A stretch of DNA of 63,848 bases, filler included, from Octopus bimaculoides (lineage: Eukaryota): NCBI RefSeq assembly GCF_001194135.2. It is 5 parts of 5 records of this genome, joined end to end, with 100 filler letters (N's around TTAATTAATTAA, not from the genome) between each part and the next. Parts side by side here need not be neighbours in the genome. Positions count along the whole stretch, not along the records: positions 1 to 23,815 come from NC_068984.1; 4 more parts are not named here. One strand, written 5' to 3'. The notes under the pieces are model-generated. The model ran no database searches and was not told the DNA's origin. It saw only the letters and a list, made by a program, of their open reading frames with translations. The position numbers and the translations under genes were made by a program. Each line of letters begins with the position of its first letter. Position 1 is the stretch's first letter. Of this stretch, positions 1-12,290 are shown piece by piece.

Positions 1-1346
1 TAGGTAAAGAATACTGAGATGAAAGTTTAATCTATGACGTTGTATGTATCACTTTCTCTCTCTCTCTCCCTCCTTTACTTTTACTCTCTATATTTTTATG
101 TTGAGCGCGTGTGTAAGAATGGCGTTCCAGGTAGCAGGGATGAAATATAAAAGTTGCTAGAAACAACAGCCAAATCTCCCTTAAATCACACAAAGTAAAC
201 GGAATTAAAAAAATCTAATTACTGCACTGGAAAGTTCAGATCGAGAAAATTCCATTGATGTAAAAATTTTTACGAAAAAGTGGAAAATGTGGATTTCTAT
301 AAACATTCAAAAAGGCTTCACACAAACACACAATTTCAGATTTATATATTAAGATATATAATCTTGTACTTCTTTCAATCATTGGACTTGGACTGCGGCC
401 ACTCTAGGGCACCGCCTTGACAAACTTAAAGAGCCGGAAGAAATACCACTGAACATTTTGTCCGACGCGCTAACGATTCCCTCAGCATGCTGCCTGTGTA
501 TATACACACATAAATATATGCACATGTTTGTATATATGCATACATGCTTACGCAGGCACGCATATATGTGTATGTATGTATGTATGTATGTATGTACCAA
601 TATATATATATATATATATATACGCATTCGTACACACATGCATGTATGCACATAAACCAGTATGTATATGTTTGTATTTTTCGAGAGACCGTTTCTTGTC
701 CAATATACATTAAAAAATAAAACAAAGAAAAGCAGTAAAAGCGGAAACGTATGTCAGGAAAAGTTTTTCTCCGCAAAAAANNNNNNNNNNNNNNNNNNNN
801 NNNNNNNNNNNNNNNNNNNNNNNNNNNNNNNNNNNNNNNNNNNNNNNNNNNNNNNNNNNNNNNNNNNNNNNNNNNNNNNNNNNNNNNNNNNNNNNNNNNN
901 NNNNNNNNNNNNNNNNNNNNNNNNNNNNNNNNNNNNNNNNNNNNNNNNNNNNNNNNNNNNNNNNNNNNNNNNNNNNNNNNNNNNNNNNNNNNNNNNNNNN
1001 NNNNNNNNNNNNNNNNNNNNNNNNNNNNNNNNNNNNNNNNNNNNNNNNNNNNNNNNNNNNNNNNNNNNNNNNNNNNNNNNNNNNNNNNNNNNNNNNNNNN
1101 NNNNNNNNNNNNNNNNNNNNNNNNNNNNNNNNNNNNNNNNNNNNNNNNNNNNNNNNNNNNNNNNTGTATGTATGTATGTATGTATGTATGTACCAATATA
1201 TATATATATATATATATACGTACTTACATATGTGTACTCCACCGAAAAAAAGATGTCAGCCAATGGTATTTACCAGGGAAACCGGAATAAACACCCGGAT
1301 AAGTTTGGAAGTGTAAATATACTTATACTTATATACATACTTACAT

Positions 1347-1385
<39 letters not shown>

Positions 1386-1657
1386 GACTTATAGACATAC
1401 ACACATCTATACACACACTCACTCACACACACACACATACATATAAATATATATGGATTAATTAATAGTTCAGTACACAGCGGGTTTTGTGATAATAGGG
1501 TACTATTAATGTTTTAATCCATACTGTCAGCGCATGCCCTGTTTGGAAATTAGACAGACCAGTTTTAACACTGTCCCAATCTATATACACTATTAATTAA
1601 AGGCTATTATCTAACTAATAATCTCTCTGTGGACAGAAATTGCGATATATATATATA

Positions 1658-1690
<33 letters not shown>

Positions 1691-2189
1691 GATATATATA
1701 TATAGATACATACATAAATGCTTACATACATATATGCATACAGACATACATATCTAAGCGTGCGTGTGTGTGTGTGTAACTCATGTAATTAAAGCCTTTG
1801 CATAGTTCCAGTCTGGTGCTCAAGTAGTTTCCTGCAATTGTCAGTGAGTGGATGTGAAATAGTTTGGGTATAGTGTGTAAAATCTTGTTATGAATTGAAT
1901 TACTAGCTAACCTTACTTGTTTGCAGTTGTGTCTTGAAACCACCAATGACAATCTTTTTCCTTTCATTCATGTATCTTTTCATGACTTGTACGTCTCAAT
2001 CCATAATGTAAAGTTTCCGTTGAATATATATACATATTTGATTGAAAAGGTCAGACGTCACTCAATATGCATGCTTCTTTTCTTACTTCTCTTGGTAGTG
2101 CTGAAAGCATTTCATCTCTATATTTTCAGTTACTTCCCCCTAAAGTGAGACAGCCAAAAGGAAGAAAAGGTAGGGTTGTCTTCTCTTGA

Positions 2190-2310
2190 AAGTTCGATGT
2201 TGTTTCTTTTCATAGTAATCTTCAGTTGGTCTTTGCAGCGCGTCTTTCGCCCTGCAGCCTGGTGTTGACCAAGGAGGATCCTGTTGGCACCGGAACACTA
2301 CCTTCACAGA
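2190..2310 (-). mobile_element. Possible RTE-clade LINE reverse transcriptase C-terminal remnant
   Basis: Manual minus-strand translation ANRILLGQHQAAGRKTRCKDQLKITMKK resembles the RTE RT tail (RILxG..G.R..R.KD.LK). Short and degenerate. Confidence 0.35.
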
Positions 2311-2370
2311 TACACACATAGCCACTATATTTATATAGTGTGTATATGTCTATAACAGTATGTGTATGTG

Positions 2371-2408
<38 letters not shown>

Positions 2409-2829
2409 TGAAGTATATTTGCCACTTAAATGTGGCTAACCCTTAAGGGTGGATGTTACTGTAGCTTGTAGCCCCAGGAGGACACCTCCTCCAGCTGGCT
2501 ATTGACACACTTTCCGTGCCATATATATACACACATAGATATATCACTTCACTTCAGTTGTAAATTGTTCACAAAAAAGGAGCACAACTGTCTTTATCTT
2601 TAATGCTGTTAGTACGTAAACCTGAAGATTACAGAAAGCATGAAAGTACTTGTATTATTGTAGTATGTAATAATGTAAAACAGTAAGAAGAAATAAATGT
2701 GAAAATCAGACTATATCGAAATTTGATTGACTAATATATATATAAATGTATAAATGTAAGATCCAGAGATCGAGGTGTAAGAAGAAAGTTAGCTTCGAGC
2801 AACCCGTTGTAAATGTATATATATATATA

Positions 2830-3138
2830 AACTACTTTCAGGAACAATAGTAATTTATTGAAACGGAAGGTTGCGGATTAATTTTCTTTATTGAAGAACG
2901 ATAAGCAGAAAAATGATCTTTTTATATTCCACGCTAGGCGACCAGGGTTGCCGAGCGTGCGAAAAAGAATACAAGAGTTGCGGATCCGTAACTCTTATAT
3001 TCTTTTCCACATACTTGGCAACCCTTGTCGCATACCGCAGAATATAAAAAGAACTTTTTCTGCTCTTCATTTTTTGATAAAGATAAATAATCCGCAACTT
3101 TCCGTCCCAATAAACCACTATTGCTACTGAAAGTTGTT
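2830..3138. mobile_element. Foldback palindromic element (MITE-like) between TA runs
   Basis: The two arms are reverse complements at roughly 80% identity by eye, centred on CGGATCCG (2981-2988) with no spacer. (TA)n lies on both sides. Confidence 0.75.
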
Positions 3139-3315
3139 ATATATATATTATTTATATAATACGAATTTAGAAACTTCGAGAGAACGTGAAATAAATCTTT
3201 TTTAAGCTGTAGAACTGGAAATTGATAATACTATAAATAATAGCTTGTAAATATTAGGTTAAATCCATTTCTGGATAGATAAAGTTGAAGGTTGTGTATA
3301 TGTGTGCGTGTGTTA

Positions 3316-3452
3316 AAGAAAGAAAGAAAGGAAGGAAAGAAATAAATAAAGAAAGAAAGAAATAAAGAAAGAAAGAAAGAAAGAAAGAAGGAAAGAAAGA
3401 GAGGAGTGAAAGAAAGGGTGGAGTGAAAGAAAGAAAGAAAGAAAGAGTGGAG
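3316..3452 (+). repeat. (GAAA)n microsatellite, degenerate
   Basis: Direct reading. Confidence 0.9.
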
Positions 3453-3782
3453 TGAAAGGAATAAAAAAGAGGATTGAAAGAATGAGAGGCAACGTGTGCG
3501 TGTGTAAAATAAACCTCCTTTAATCTTTATATAAAACATCTACAGGATTATCTAAGACATCACTGAGTGGTTTTTGCTCTTGCTTTCTCCGCTTACGAAT
3601 GTACCTGCTAAAAGATTTGTTACTTAATTTTCTAGAACCAAATAGATTAAAAGCATATGGAATAAATGTTCCTTTAAAACGACTTACATAGGCTGGTCAT
3701 CAGGTACAGTTTGACCTTACTTATATTCCTCCGCCTCCTTACGAATTCACTTGAGTAAATGAATGGTCTGAACTGAGAAACT

Positions 3783-4219
3783 GTGGAGGCGCAACGGTCC
3801 AGTGGTTAGGGCAGCGGACTCGCGGTCATAGGATCGCGGTTTCGATTCCCAGACCGGGCGTTGTGAGTGTTTATTGAGCCAAAACACCTAAAAGCTCCAC
3901 GAAGCTCCGGCAGGGGATGGTGGTGAACCCGGCTGTACTCTTCCACCACAAATTTCTCTCACTCTTACTTCCTGTTTCTGTTGTGCCTGTAATTCAAAGG
4001 GTCAGCCTTGTCACATTGTGTCACTCTGATTCGCCCTAAGAACTACGTTAAGGGTACACGTGTCTGTGGAGTGCTCAGCCACTTGCACGTTAATTTCACG
4101 AGCAGGCTGTTCCGTTGATCNNNNNNNNNNGCACGTTAATTTCACGAGCAGGCTGTTCCGTTGATCGGATCGACTGGAACCCTCGACGTCGTAAGCGACG
4201 GAGTGCCAACAACAAAAAC
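3783..4219 (+). mobile_element. tRNA-derived SINE family A, full length
   Basis: tRNA-like head with A/B-box-like motifs. 13-bp TSD GAACTGAGAAACT at 3770-3782 and 4220-4232. Homologous to 35951-36337 and 52487-52865. Confidence 0.9.
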
Positions 4220-4420
4220 GAACTGAGAAACTAATATTTATAATTTGTAAATGTTTCAGCTTCAGAATACAATGAAACTATGTCATCTTGTATTGAATAA
4301 TGACTGTGCATAGTTCTTACATTTTTGTGATTTTCCTTATAAATAGTTTGTAAACTCAAACATTTATACACGTGCGCTCTCACAATGATGCACACGCACA
4401 TAAATGATTCTATGTTAAAT

Positions 4421-4951
4421 TGGCTGTGTAGTTGAAAAGCTTGCCTCCTAACCATGTGGTCTTGGGTTCAATCCTGCATCCTAACATCTTAGGCGAGGGT
4501 CTTCTATTATAGCCCTGGGTCGACCATAGCTTTGTGGGTGGTTTTGGTAGACGGAAAATGAAAGAAGCCTGTCGTATACATACATATACATACATACATA
4601 TATAATACACGAAATTCTCGGCTCTTGAGTCACTTTGTTGCTTCTGCTAAGTATTAATGCATACACACACACACCCACACGAACATACATATAAAATCAT
4701 GTTTTGAGTTTTTCCTGTTTGCACTGCCAAACCTATATATGTGTAGGTATGTATGTGTTATGTTTGTTTTGTTTGTCTCCTCACCACCACCACCACTCTT
4801 GATTTGTTCATGCCCCCGTAATATAGCTGTTCGGGAAGGAGAAAGATAGAATAAATGCCAGACTTTAGAGAAATATAAGTACTGATGTTTGATTTGTTCG
4901 ACTAAGCCCTTCAAGGCAATGTTCCACCACGACCCTGAAACAAGTAAAAGA
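4421..4951 (+). mobile_element. SINE family B, diverged full copy
   Basis: Head, internal microsatellite and 3' body are similar to 9343-9780. Confidence 0.7.
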
Positions 4952-5072
4952 TTTTTAAAAAACCAAGAGTTTGACATTAAACTGAAGAATTACTCAATAC
5001 GTTTTCGTAGGAAACCTTTACAAGGAGAAGGTTGACAGTGACTGCTCACTTTTGGCTCGCTCGCCTTTATAT

Positions 5073-5113
5073 CAGTCTGATGAAGGCAAGCTAACCAAAA
5101 CTTCGAAGTCGCT
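5073..5113 (+). ncRNA. Degenerate PLE-type hammerhead ribozyme motif
   Basis: CTGATGA at 5077-5083, stem II GG/CC, AAAAC in place of GAAAC, palindrome ACTTCGAAGT then C (GUC site), stem I CAGT/GCTG. Confidence 0.55.
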
Positions 5114-5808
5114 GCCAACTGTGTGTGTGTGTGTGTGTGTGCGTGTGTGTGTAATTTTATAAAACAGGATTTAAAAGCGAACTACTGTAAGTTTTGTACT
5201 CGGATAGTAAGTACAGTAATCGGATGGGCTTTTATAGTGTGCCATGTATTATCCTGCAATCATTCAGGCTCAAAATTATACGAAGCTGCTATCTGAGAAA
5301 AATGAGAAAGAACGAGAAAAAAAGAAAGAAAAAAGAGGAGGAAGGAAAACCTGGAAGGAGGGAAATTAAGGGGGATAAGAGTTGTGCCCTTTTGGAACTT
5401 TAGAAGAGTAAAGTTTATATGAATTAACAATGGTTGGTGACGTTGATCTGATGGGGGAAAGGCTAAAGTTTGTAGGATTGTATGCCTAATTTGGAGAGGG
5501 TGGTGTTCTCCAGTTCGATAACAGAAACTTGTAATTATGCTTGCATCTTGTGAAAATTTCCAATCTTCAGTTCATGAGGTTAGTGGAGTTCTTAGATTTA
5601 AAAAGAATATAAGTTCTTTCAGTTATACAAAACTTGCATCTCTTCAACCCATTAATGCATTCTCCACTTGGTGATGCATTTGGGTATTTTCGGCTTTCGG
5701 GTCTCCGACGTGGTTAGTTAGCTTAGTGATTTTCTTCTGGTCACATGCGAGAAAGGGGACTGGTAAAAAGAAAAGATATTCCTACCAGCCTTCTTTACTG
5801 CGCGTAGA

Positions 5809-5850
<42 letters not shown>

Positions 5851-6169
5851 CAGTCTGTTAAAGTCTGTCATAGCGGCCATGACGAAGGGAAATAACCCTG
5901 AAACTCGAGTCGCCTTTATATATTTGATCCTTTATATTGAACACTCAATATTTCATCTACATTCAACACTTTATTTCATGGTGCCATCCATTTTTATTTT
6001 ATTTTATATTATATATTGTATATTCCATATTCTATATCCCACATTGGTTCTGCAGGAATATAAATAAAACATAAAAAACAGACAGTGTTGGAACTCTTTT
6101 AAACAAAATAATATATTCCTCTATACACAATCATACAAAAAACCCCCCTTTTTTGTATTTATTTTTACT

Positions 6170-6236
<67 letters not shown>

Positions 6237-6272
6237 ACACACACACACACACGTATGGATGTATGTCTTTTT

Positions 6273-6445
6273 ATGTTTGTGTTTGTGCTTCACCGCTCTG
6301 CTTGACAACTGGTGTTGGCTTGTTTACATTCAGTTCAACATGTACCAGACTTGAAATTAAATATTAAGGTCAATTTATCCGACTAAATCTTTCAAGGCGG
6401 TGCCCCATCATGGCCGCAACCCAGTCACTGAAGCGAGTAAAAGAA
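6273..6445 (+). mobile_element. SINE family B 3' body, diverged
   Basis: GCTTGACAAC...AAGGCGGTGCCCCATCATGGCCGCA...AGTAAAAGA matches the family B tail. Confidence 0.7.
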
Positions 6446-6809
6446 TATTTTCAGAGTGCAGTTTTTTTTCTAAGGTGTTTCCAGGTTATTTCATTCTCTT
6501 TTTCTTGCTCTTGTTCTTTATTTAACACATATTCATTCTTACCTTTAAAAAGATTCTGTTATATATTGAAAAAATTGTACCATTGCGATTAATAAATAAA
6601 TTCTCTCTCTCATTCTCTCTCTGTCTGTCTCTCTCACTCTTTATATATCTGTTATGTCTCAAGCTACTGCTATCTAGCACCTTCGGATGATCTCTGCTCA
6701 ACTGCTGCTCAACTGTCAGTCCACAGTCAGTCGACCCCTACAATGGTCAGACTACCTCTATTTATATGTCTTGGTCGAGCTTACTTCTTCGCTTGGGGGC
6801 GTCGACACA

Positions 6810-6892
<83 letters not shown>

Positions 6893-7189
6893 CAAATAAT
6901 AAATGAGTATATGCATATATACGTACATATACACACACACAAATATCGTACATACATATATACACCAGTACCGATATATACTGTATTGCACTGTTGCACT
7001 GTTTTAATGTAGGCTGACACACAGATAAAGATACAATAGAAATATAAAAAAATGGAAAGAAGTTACCTTTGCTTAAGTTGAATATCGTCATTCCTTTAAC
7101 TACATCGTATTCTCCCCCCCCCCACTGTGTGTCATTTGTTGTGTTCATGTATATATACTTTTACGCAGATCGGGTCTGAAAAAGTATTG

Positions 7190-7943
7190 GCTGACTGCTC
7201 TTTAGAAAGGTATGGATTTCACCTCGAGATATTTCTCGGAAGTTGTACTGTATAACAGTCACAATGCTTTTCACGGGTTTCAACAGTTTATCTGTTTCTT
7301 TCCTTTGTTCGCTGACTTTGCATCAATGAGAAGAAATATGTACAAAAACCACCTCTATTATATTTGCATTGTGAGAGGATATGGCAAAGAAGAATTATGA
7401 AATTCTTAGCTATCCTCACTGGCATTCAATCGCTTTTTATTTATTTATTATTTATTTTTTTTCAAAATGTCTGGTTCACGTTTTATGTGTTGGTAGATTA
7501 CTAAGTTCTTCATAGCTCTTGTAATTTTCCACAAACTGCTTCATATTACCAGCTTGATCAAAACACACCACATCATCAACTTCTGCGCCTCTATCAATCA
7601 AATATTTGACACGCAGCTCCACATCGGTCCAGTTTGGTATTTCATTCAAGGTTATCCACTTGAAACATGAAAAGTCTACCACTGGCTTAATCCATTTCTC
7701 AATATACCCTAGCCATCTGTTATATATATTAAATATTTTAAGCACAAACTTGTTACACTCATTCTCATTTCCTTCTTTGCGTTTTTGAGCAAGTAGTCCT
7801 TTAACTATCAAGGGCATATAATTCTGTCTGTTGCGTTCTTCGAGCGTTTCATGAACAGATTCTAGATTGTCAACACTTCCTACAACAGAACTGGTTTCCT
7901 TTTTAAATGCCTGAATGCGCGCGCGTGTGTGTTGCGTGTGATT

Positions 7944-7986
<43 letters not shown>

Positions 7987-9217
7987 TACATCTGCAAATG
8001 AATGCAGGAGTAAAATCTCGCTTGTTTTATTCTCAAAGAATTTTTAAATTGTTGTGGGTGGTTTGCCTTGTAGTAGAAAGAAGAATTTCAAAGCAAGAAA
8101 CAGCGTCAGTTTTGGGCTGGCTACATCAATCGATAGTAACATCAGTGAGTCTTTATGGGAGAGAAACTCCTTGAATTCAACTTCAACACAACCTTGTTAC
8201 TACTGTTTGCTGTTCAGTTCGAACTCTGAACTGTAAAGATATTGATAAATTCATCAAGTAATATTTTCAGTATCAATATCCATTATTCCTGCTGCATGAT
8301 AGACACGGTTGTTTAAAATATGTGCGAGCAACGCTCTCCAATTAATGATCTCTTTCGAAACATATTTTTCAAATTTGCAAACATCACCAGTTTCATAATG
8401 TCCGACTCATTCAAACATTATATTGCAGTTGTCACTGCAATATAATGTTTGGATGCAATACATATCTCAAGGAATTTCCTTTATATAATTAATGAGTGCG
8501 TTTACAGTTTCAATCGGTGTGATGTTGAAAGCAATCAATTTTGACTGTAAGCCACAATTCTTTTAGTCAAAGAACTGAATAATTGCAGGAAATAGCTTTA
8601 TTGAATCGTGATTACCTCCATCTGTAGCAATTCCACAATATGTATTTCATTTTATTCACGATTTTTTCTTACTAGGTGGTATTAACAGAATGGAATGCCA
8701 AGGTAGAATTAACAATTGTTTCAGTTTTTGTTCGAACACAAGAAAACATCCTTGTCACTTCTAAATAAGAGAAAGTATTTTTAACTTGGGTAGATAAACT
8801 TATAGTCATCGACTTGAATTTTTTTGTAATGTTTACGTGCAGTTTCTAAGTACATTTGTAGCGGTGACAGCATCTTCAGTTTCTCTACCTGGTTTGGCAA
8901 ATAAATGAATTAATAAATGAATGAATAAATAAATAAATAAATGAATGCATAAATAAATAAAACTGAGTTGCATCGATGTGCCATCTTGAACTATTTATTG
9001 CAAAGTATGTGTTTTTGGTCACATGTGTTAGAAAATCAATACCCTTATTTGCGACCATTACATTAATGGTTGGCACATCAACCACTGCGCTTCTCAACCA
9101 TCCACGCCTTTCGTCAAACATTGAAGTTTGTTCTGCAGCTCTAAAGTAATTTTTTGTGTTTGCATATACGTATGAAAATTTTGTCGTTTAAGCCTGGATC
9201 ATAAGATGGTTCACCTG
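7190..9217 (-). mobile_element. Degraded hAT-superfamily transposon with near-complete transposase pseudogene
   Basis: Across frameshifts the minus strand gives an N-terminal VANKG segment, a GIATDGGNH acidic motif, GDNCN-like, AHILNN, the ORF-track segment YIEKWIKP...CFDQ, and a dimerisation-like SHNAN...FSLMQSQRTKERNR. Stops, frameshifts and microsatellite insertions occur throughout. Confidence 0.8.
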
Positions 9218-9230
9218 TAAATAATAAACA

Positions 9231-9333
9231 TAGGCAGCGATCTAGCAGAATCGTTAGCGCGTCGAACAAATGCTTATTAGTATTTTTTTCGGCTCTTTAC
9301 ATTCTGAGTTCAAATTCCGCTGAGGTCGACTTT
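9231..9333 (+). mobile_element. SINE family C 5' part
   Basis: GCAGAATCGTTAGC...GAGTTCAAATTCCGCTGAGGTCGAC. Abuts a family B copy. Confidence 0.75.
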
Positions 9334-9342
9334 ATATTTATA

Positions 9343-9512
9343 GGCGCAGGATTGGGTGTGTGGTAAAGCTTGCTTACCAACCACATGGTTCCGGGTTCAT
9401 TCCCACTGCGTGGCACCTTGGGCAAGTGTCTTCTACTATAGCCTCGGGCCGACCAGAGCCTTGTGAGTGTATTTGGTAGACGGAAACTGAAAGAAGCCCG
9501 TCGTATATATGT

Positions 9513-9556
<44 letters not shown>

Positions 9557-9780
9557 GTATGTATGTGTATATGTTTGTGTGTCAATGTTTGTCCCCCTCC
9601 CCAACATCGCTTGACAACCGATGGTGGTATGTTTATGTCCCCGTAACTTAGCGGTTCGGCAAAAGACACCGATAGAATAAGTACTAGGCTTCCAAAGAAT
9701 AAGTCCTGGGGTCGATTTGCTCGACTAAAGGCGGTGCTCCAGCATGGCCGCAGTCAAATGACTGAAACAAGTAAAAGAGT
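9343..9780 (+). mobile_element. tRNA-derived SINE family B, full length
   Basis: Head with CCTTGGGCAAG motif, internal (TA/TG)n, and 3' body ending AAGTAAAAGAG. Near-identical to 39962-40370. Confidence 0.9.
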
Positions 9781-10376
9781 ATATGTTTCATGAATTATAT
9801 ATGCTCAGCTGTGTCAACTTAGTCCAAAACCTTATAGGATCTTTGCTGGTGGTAAAACTCTTTGTCAGCAGTTTACGTCACAGGAAAACTGTTTGCATCA
9901 ACGACGGCTGAAGTAAACGAATTCTCTACCTATTTTAACGATGTGTGTTCTAAAAGATAGATGTTCGAGCAGCTGTCTTCTTATCTATTCATTACGGTGT
10001 AAATGGCTGTGTTATTAGTGTGTCTGTTCTCTATACACTTGTAACCACTAACATTAAGAAAGAATTAACGTGATTTAGTGTATGACAGTGTTGGCTCTTT
10101 GAATATCTGATGCAGTCATTCACTGGGTTTCTTCACAGTTTCTTTTATATGGCTATAGCAGGATCCACTATTTGATCAAGGTGCCACTGATTATGAAGCA
10201 TACCTTTTCACCGTTCGGCTATCGCTGTGCCAGGCCAGTGTCAGAATTGACGAATGTTTTTTGTACAAGGAGTAAATTACGAGTGTACAGTAACTTGTAA
10301 GGGTGAGAATAATAATGAATCTTTACATTAACAAAATTCATACGTAGTTATGTAGCTTATTATTAATTCATTAATC

Positions 10377-10898
10377 AAGGCGGCGAGCCGGCAGAATTGT
10401 TAGCACGCCGGCCAAAATGCTTAGCGGCATTTCGTCTATCTTTATATTCTGAGTTCAAATTCTGTCGAGGTCGGATTTGCCTTTCGTCCATTCGGGTCGA
10501 TGTAATCAACTTACCCCTCTCCTGAATTGCTGGCCTTGTGCCAAAATTTGGAACCATCAGTAATTTATTAATGAAGGTGGCGAGCTGGCAGAATCGATAG
10601 CATACCGGACAAAATGTTTAGCGGTATTTTGTTCACCTTTGCCTTCTGAATTCAGATGTCGCCGAGGTCGACTTTGCCTTTCATCCTTTCGGGGTCGATA
10701 GATTAAGTAGCAGTTGCGTACTGGGATCGATCTAATCGACTGACCCTCCTCTCCAAAAATTTCGGGCCTTGTGCCTAGAGTAGAAAAGATCCTTTCAGGG
10801 TTTGATAAAATAAGTATCAGTTGAACACTGGACTCGATGCTATCGACTTAGGCCCACCTCTAAAATTCAGTAATTCAGTGTACCAAAATTTGGAACCA
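10377..10898 (+). mobile_element. Tandem cluster of three SINE family C copies
   Basis: Copies at 10377-10556, 10574-10788 and a 3' part at 10791-10898. They share the GGTCGA...GCCTTTCATCC...GGTCGA core and TTGTGCC...TTTGGAACCA tail. Confidence 0.85.
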
Positions 10899-11988
10899 TT
10901 ATGAATTTATTAGTTATTGTTTCCATATGAGTTTTTGAGACTTTATCTTGGAGCAGCTTCAGATTTGGGTGTGAGCAAAATGTTATCCTTTAGCGAAGGA
11001 TTCTCCATTTCTGGTCTAAGTAATAATTTGATCTGCTAGAAAAAACCTTCAAATCACTAGTCCAAGATATCCTATATCTGATTATGAAGGGATGGTCAGG
11101 ACTGGAATAGTAACGATAATGAATCAGAGCTGACTCGGAGTTAAACAACAGCAGCAACAATAAAACTATGTTTACAAAACATACACTAGCCAAAGTTAAA
11201 GTACACAGTGCAAATCGAGAGGCTTTGTTATCACTATAATATGTAAGACATCCTTGTAGTTTCATATCAACATACGCTATCGTCTCGGCGATTGGCTGTC
11301 AAGCCCCACTCATACGACAAGAGGTTTTTGCACCATCTGGCTGTCAGCACATAGCAAACATTCGGAATCATCTCAGCCAAGGAAGTCCACATTTTTCTCT
11401 TCCATCTTCGATAGCGCCATCAACCGTGTAAACTGGTCCGTTGTATCGCTTTGAACTTTGGTTCAGCTCTTTAATGACATGTGACTAGCATCTCTGTTTG
11501 AAACTTCAAATCTCAATTTACTTGATGACAGAAAAATAATTATGTGAATTCTGTGCATCTTTTCCGTCAAAACACTTAAATTTCAATTTCAAATTTCTAA
11601 AATAATATATGAAGTCTGTGCAGCTATTTTCCTTTAATCCCTTAATTTCAAATTCAAATTTCTATTCCCTTGTCTCAAATTATCAAGAAATGATTATTTC
11701 CCTTGTAATAGCTGCCATCACTGAGAAAACGTGTGTATTTGAAATATTAAATTTTGTTTTTACAAAGGGTTGAAACTGTTCGCTACCGAAATAGATCGTA
11801 GATCGCAACAAGTTTCCTTGCGATTCTACTTATTTACTTTATATTCATGTACTAAAAATTATATATATANNNNNNNNNNNNNNNNNNNNNNNNNNNNNNN
11901 NNNNNNNNNNNNNNNNNNNNNNNNNNNNNNNNNNNNNNNNNNNNNNNNNNNNNNNNNNNNNNNNNNNNNNNNNNNNNNNNNNNNNNNN

Positions 11989-12040
<52 letters not shown>

Positions 12041-12290
12041 GTAAGAGAATTCACGAAAAAACAACAGACGAAGACAGGTGGTGTAAACAACAAATGGATG
12101 TATTAGTATAACGCTCGGGAATAGAGAAAGTCTTTAACATTTCGAGCCTACGCTCTTCAACAGAAATGAACACAGAAAGAAATAAGGAGAGAAACAAGGA
12201 GAGAAAAAAATGTGTAGTGGTCAGTGATCTATCATGGCAAATGCCGGACAGAAGGGTTACACAGGAGAGTTAAGAAGAAGGGGAGATATC
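12041..12290 (-). mobile_element. PLE terminal-repeat (pLTR)-like fragment with hammerhead-like motif
   Basis: Minus strand CTGTTGA-A-GAGC-GTAG-GCTC-GAAATGTT at about 12136-12163. Related to 45440-45565 and 33483-33793. Confidence 0.55.

Noticed and set aside
560-1222. Same (TGTA)n-CCAA-(TA)n-CG string on both sides of a gap
   Set aside because: Most simply an assembly overlap around a collapsed microsatellite.
3785-3860. tRNA genes at the heads of SINE families A, B, C and the 56750 element
   Set aside because: They have A/B boxes but no complete cloverleaf, and they continue into repeat bodies with TSDs.
4085-4166. Direct duplication of GCACGTTAATTTCACGAGCAGGCTGTTCCGTTGATC inside SINE A
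   Set aside because: It flanks a 10-N gap and is absent from the other copies, so it is an unmerged contig overlap.
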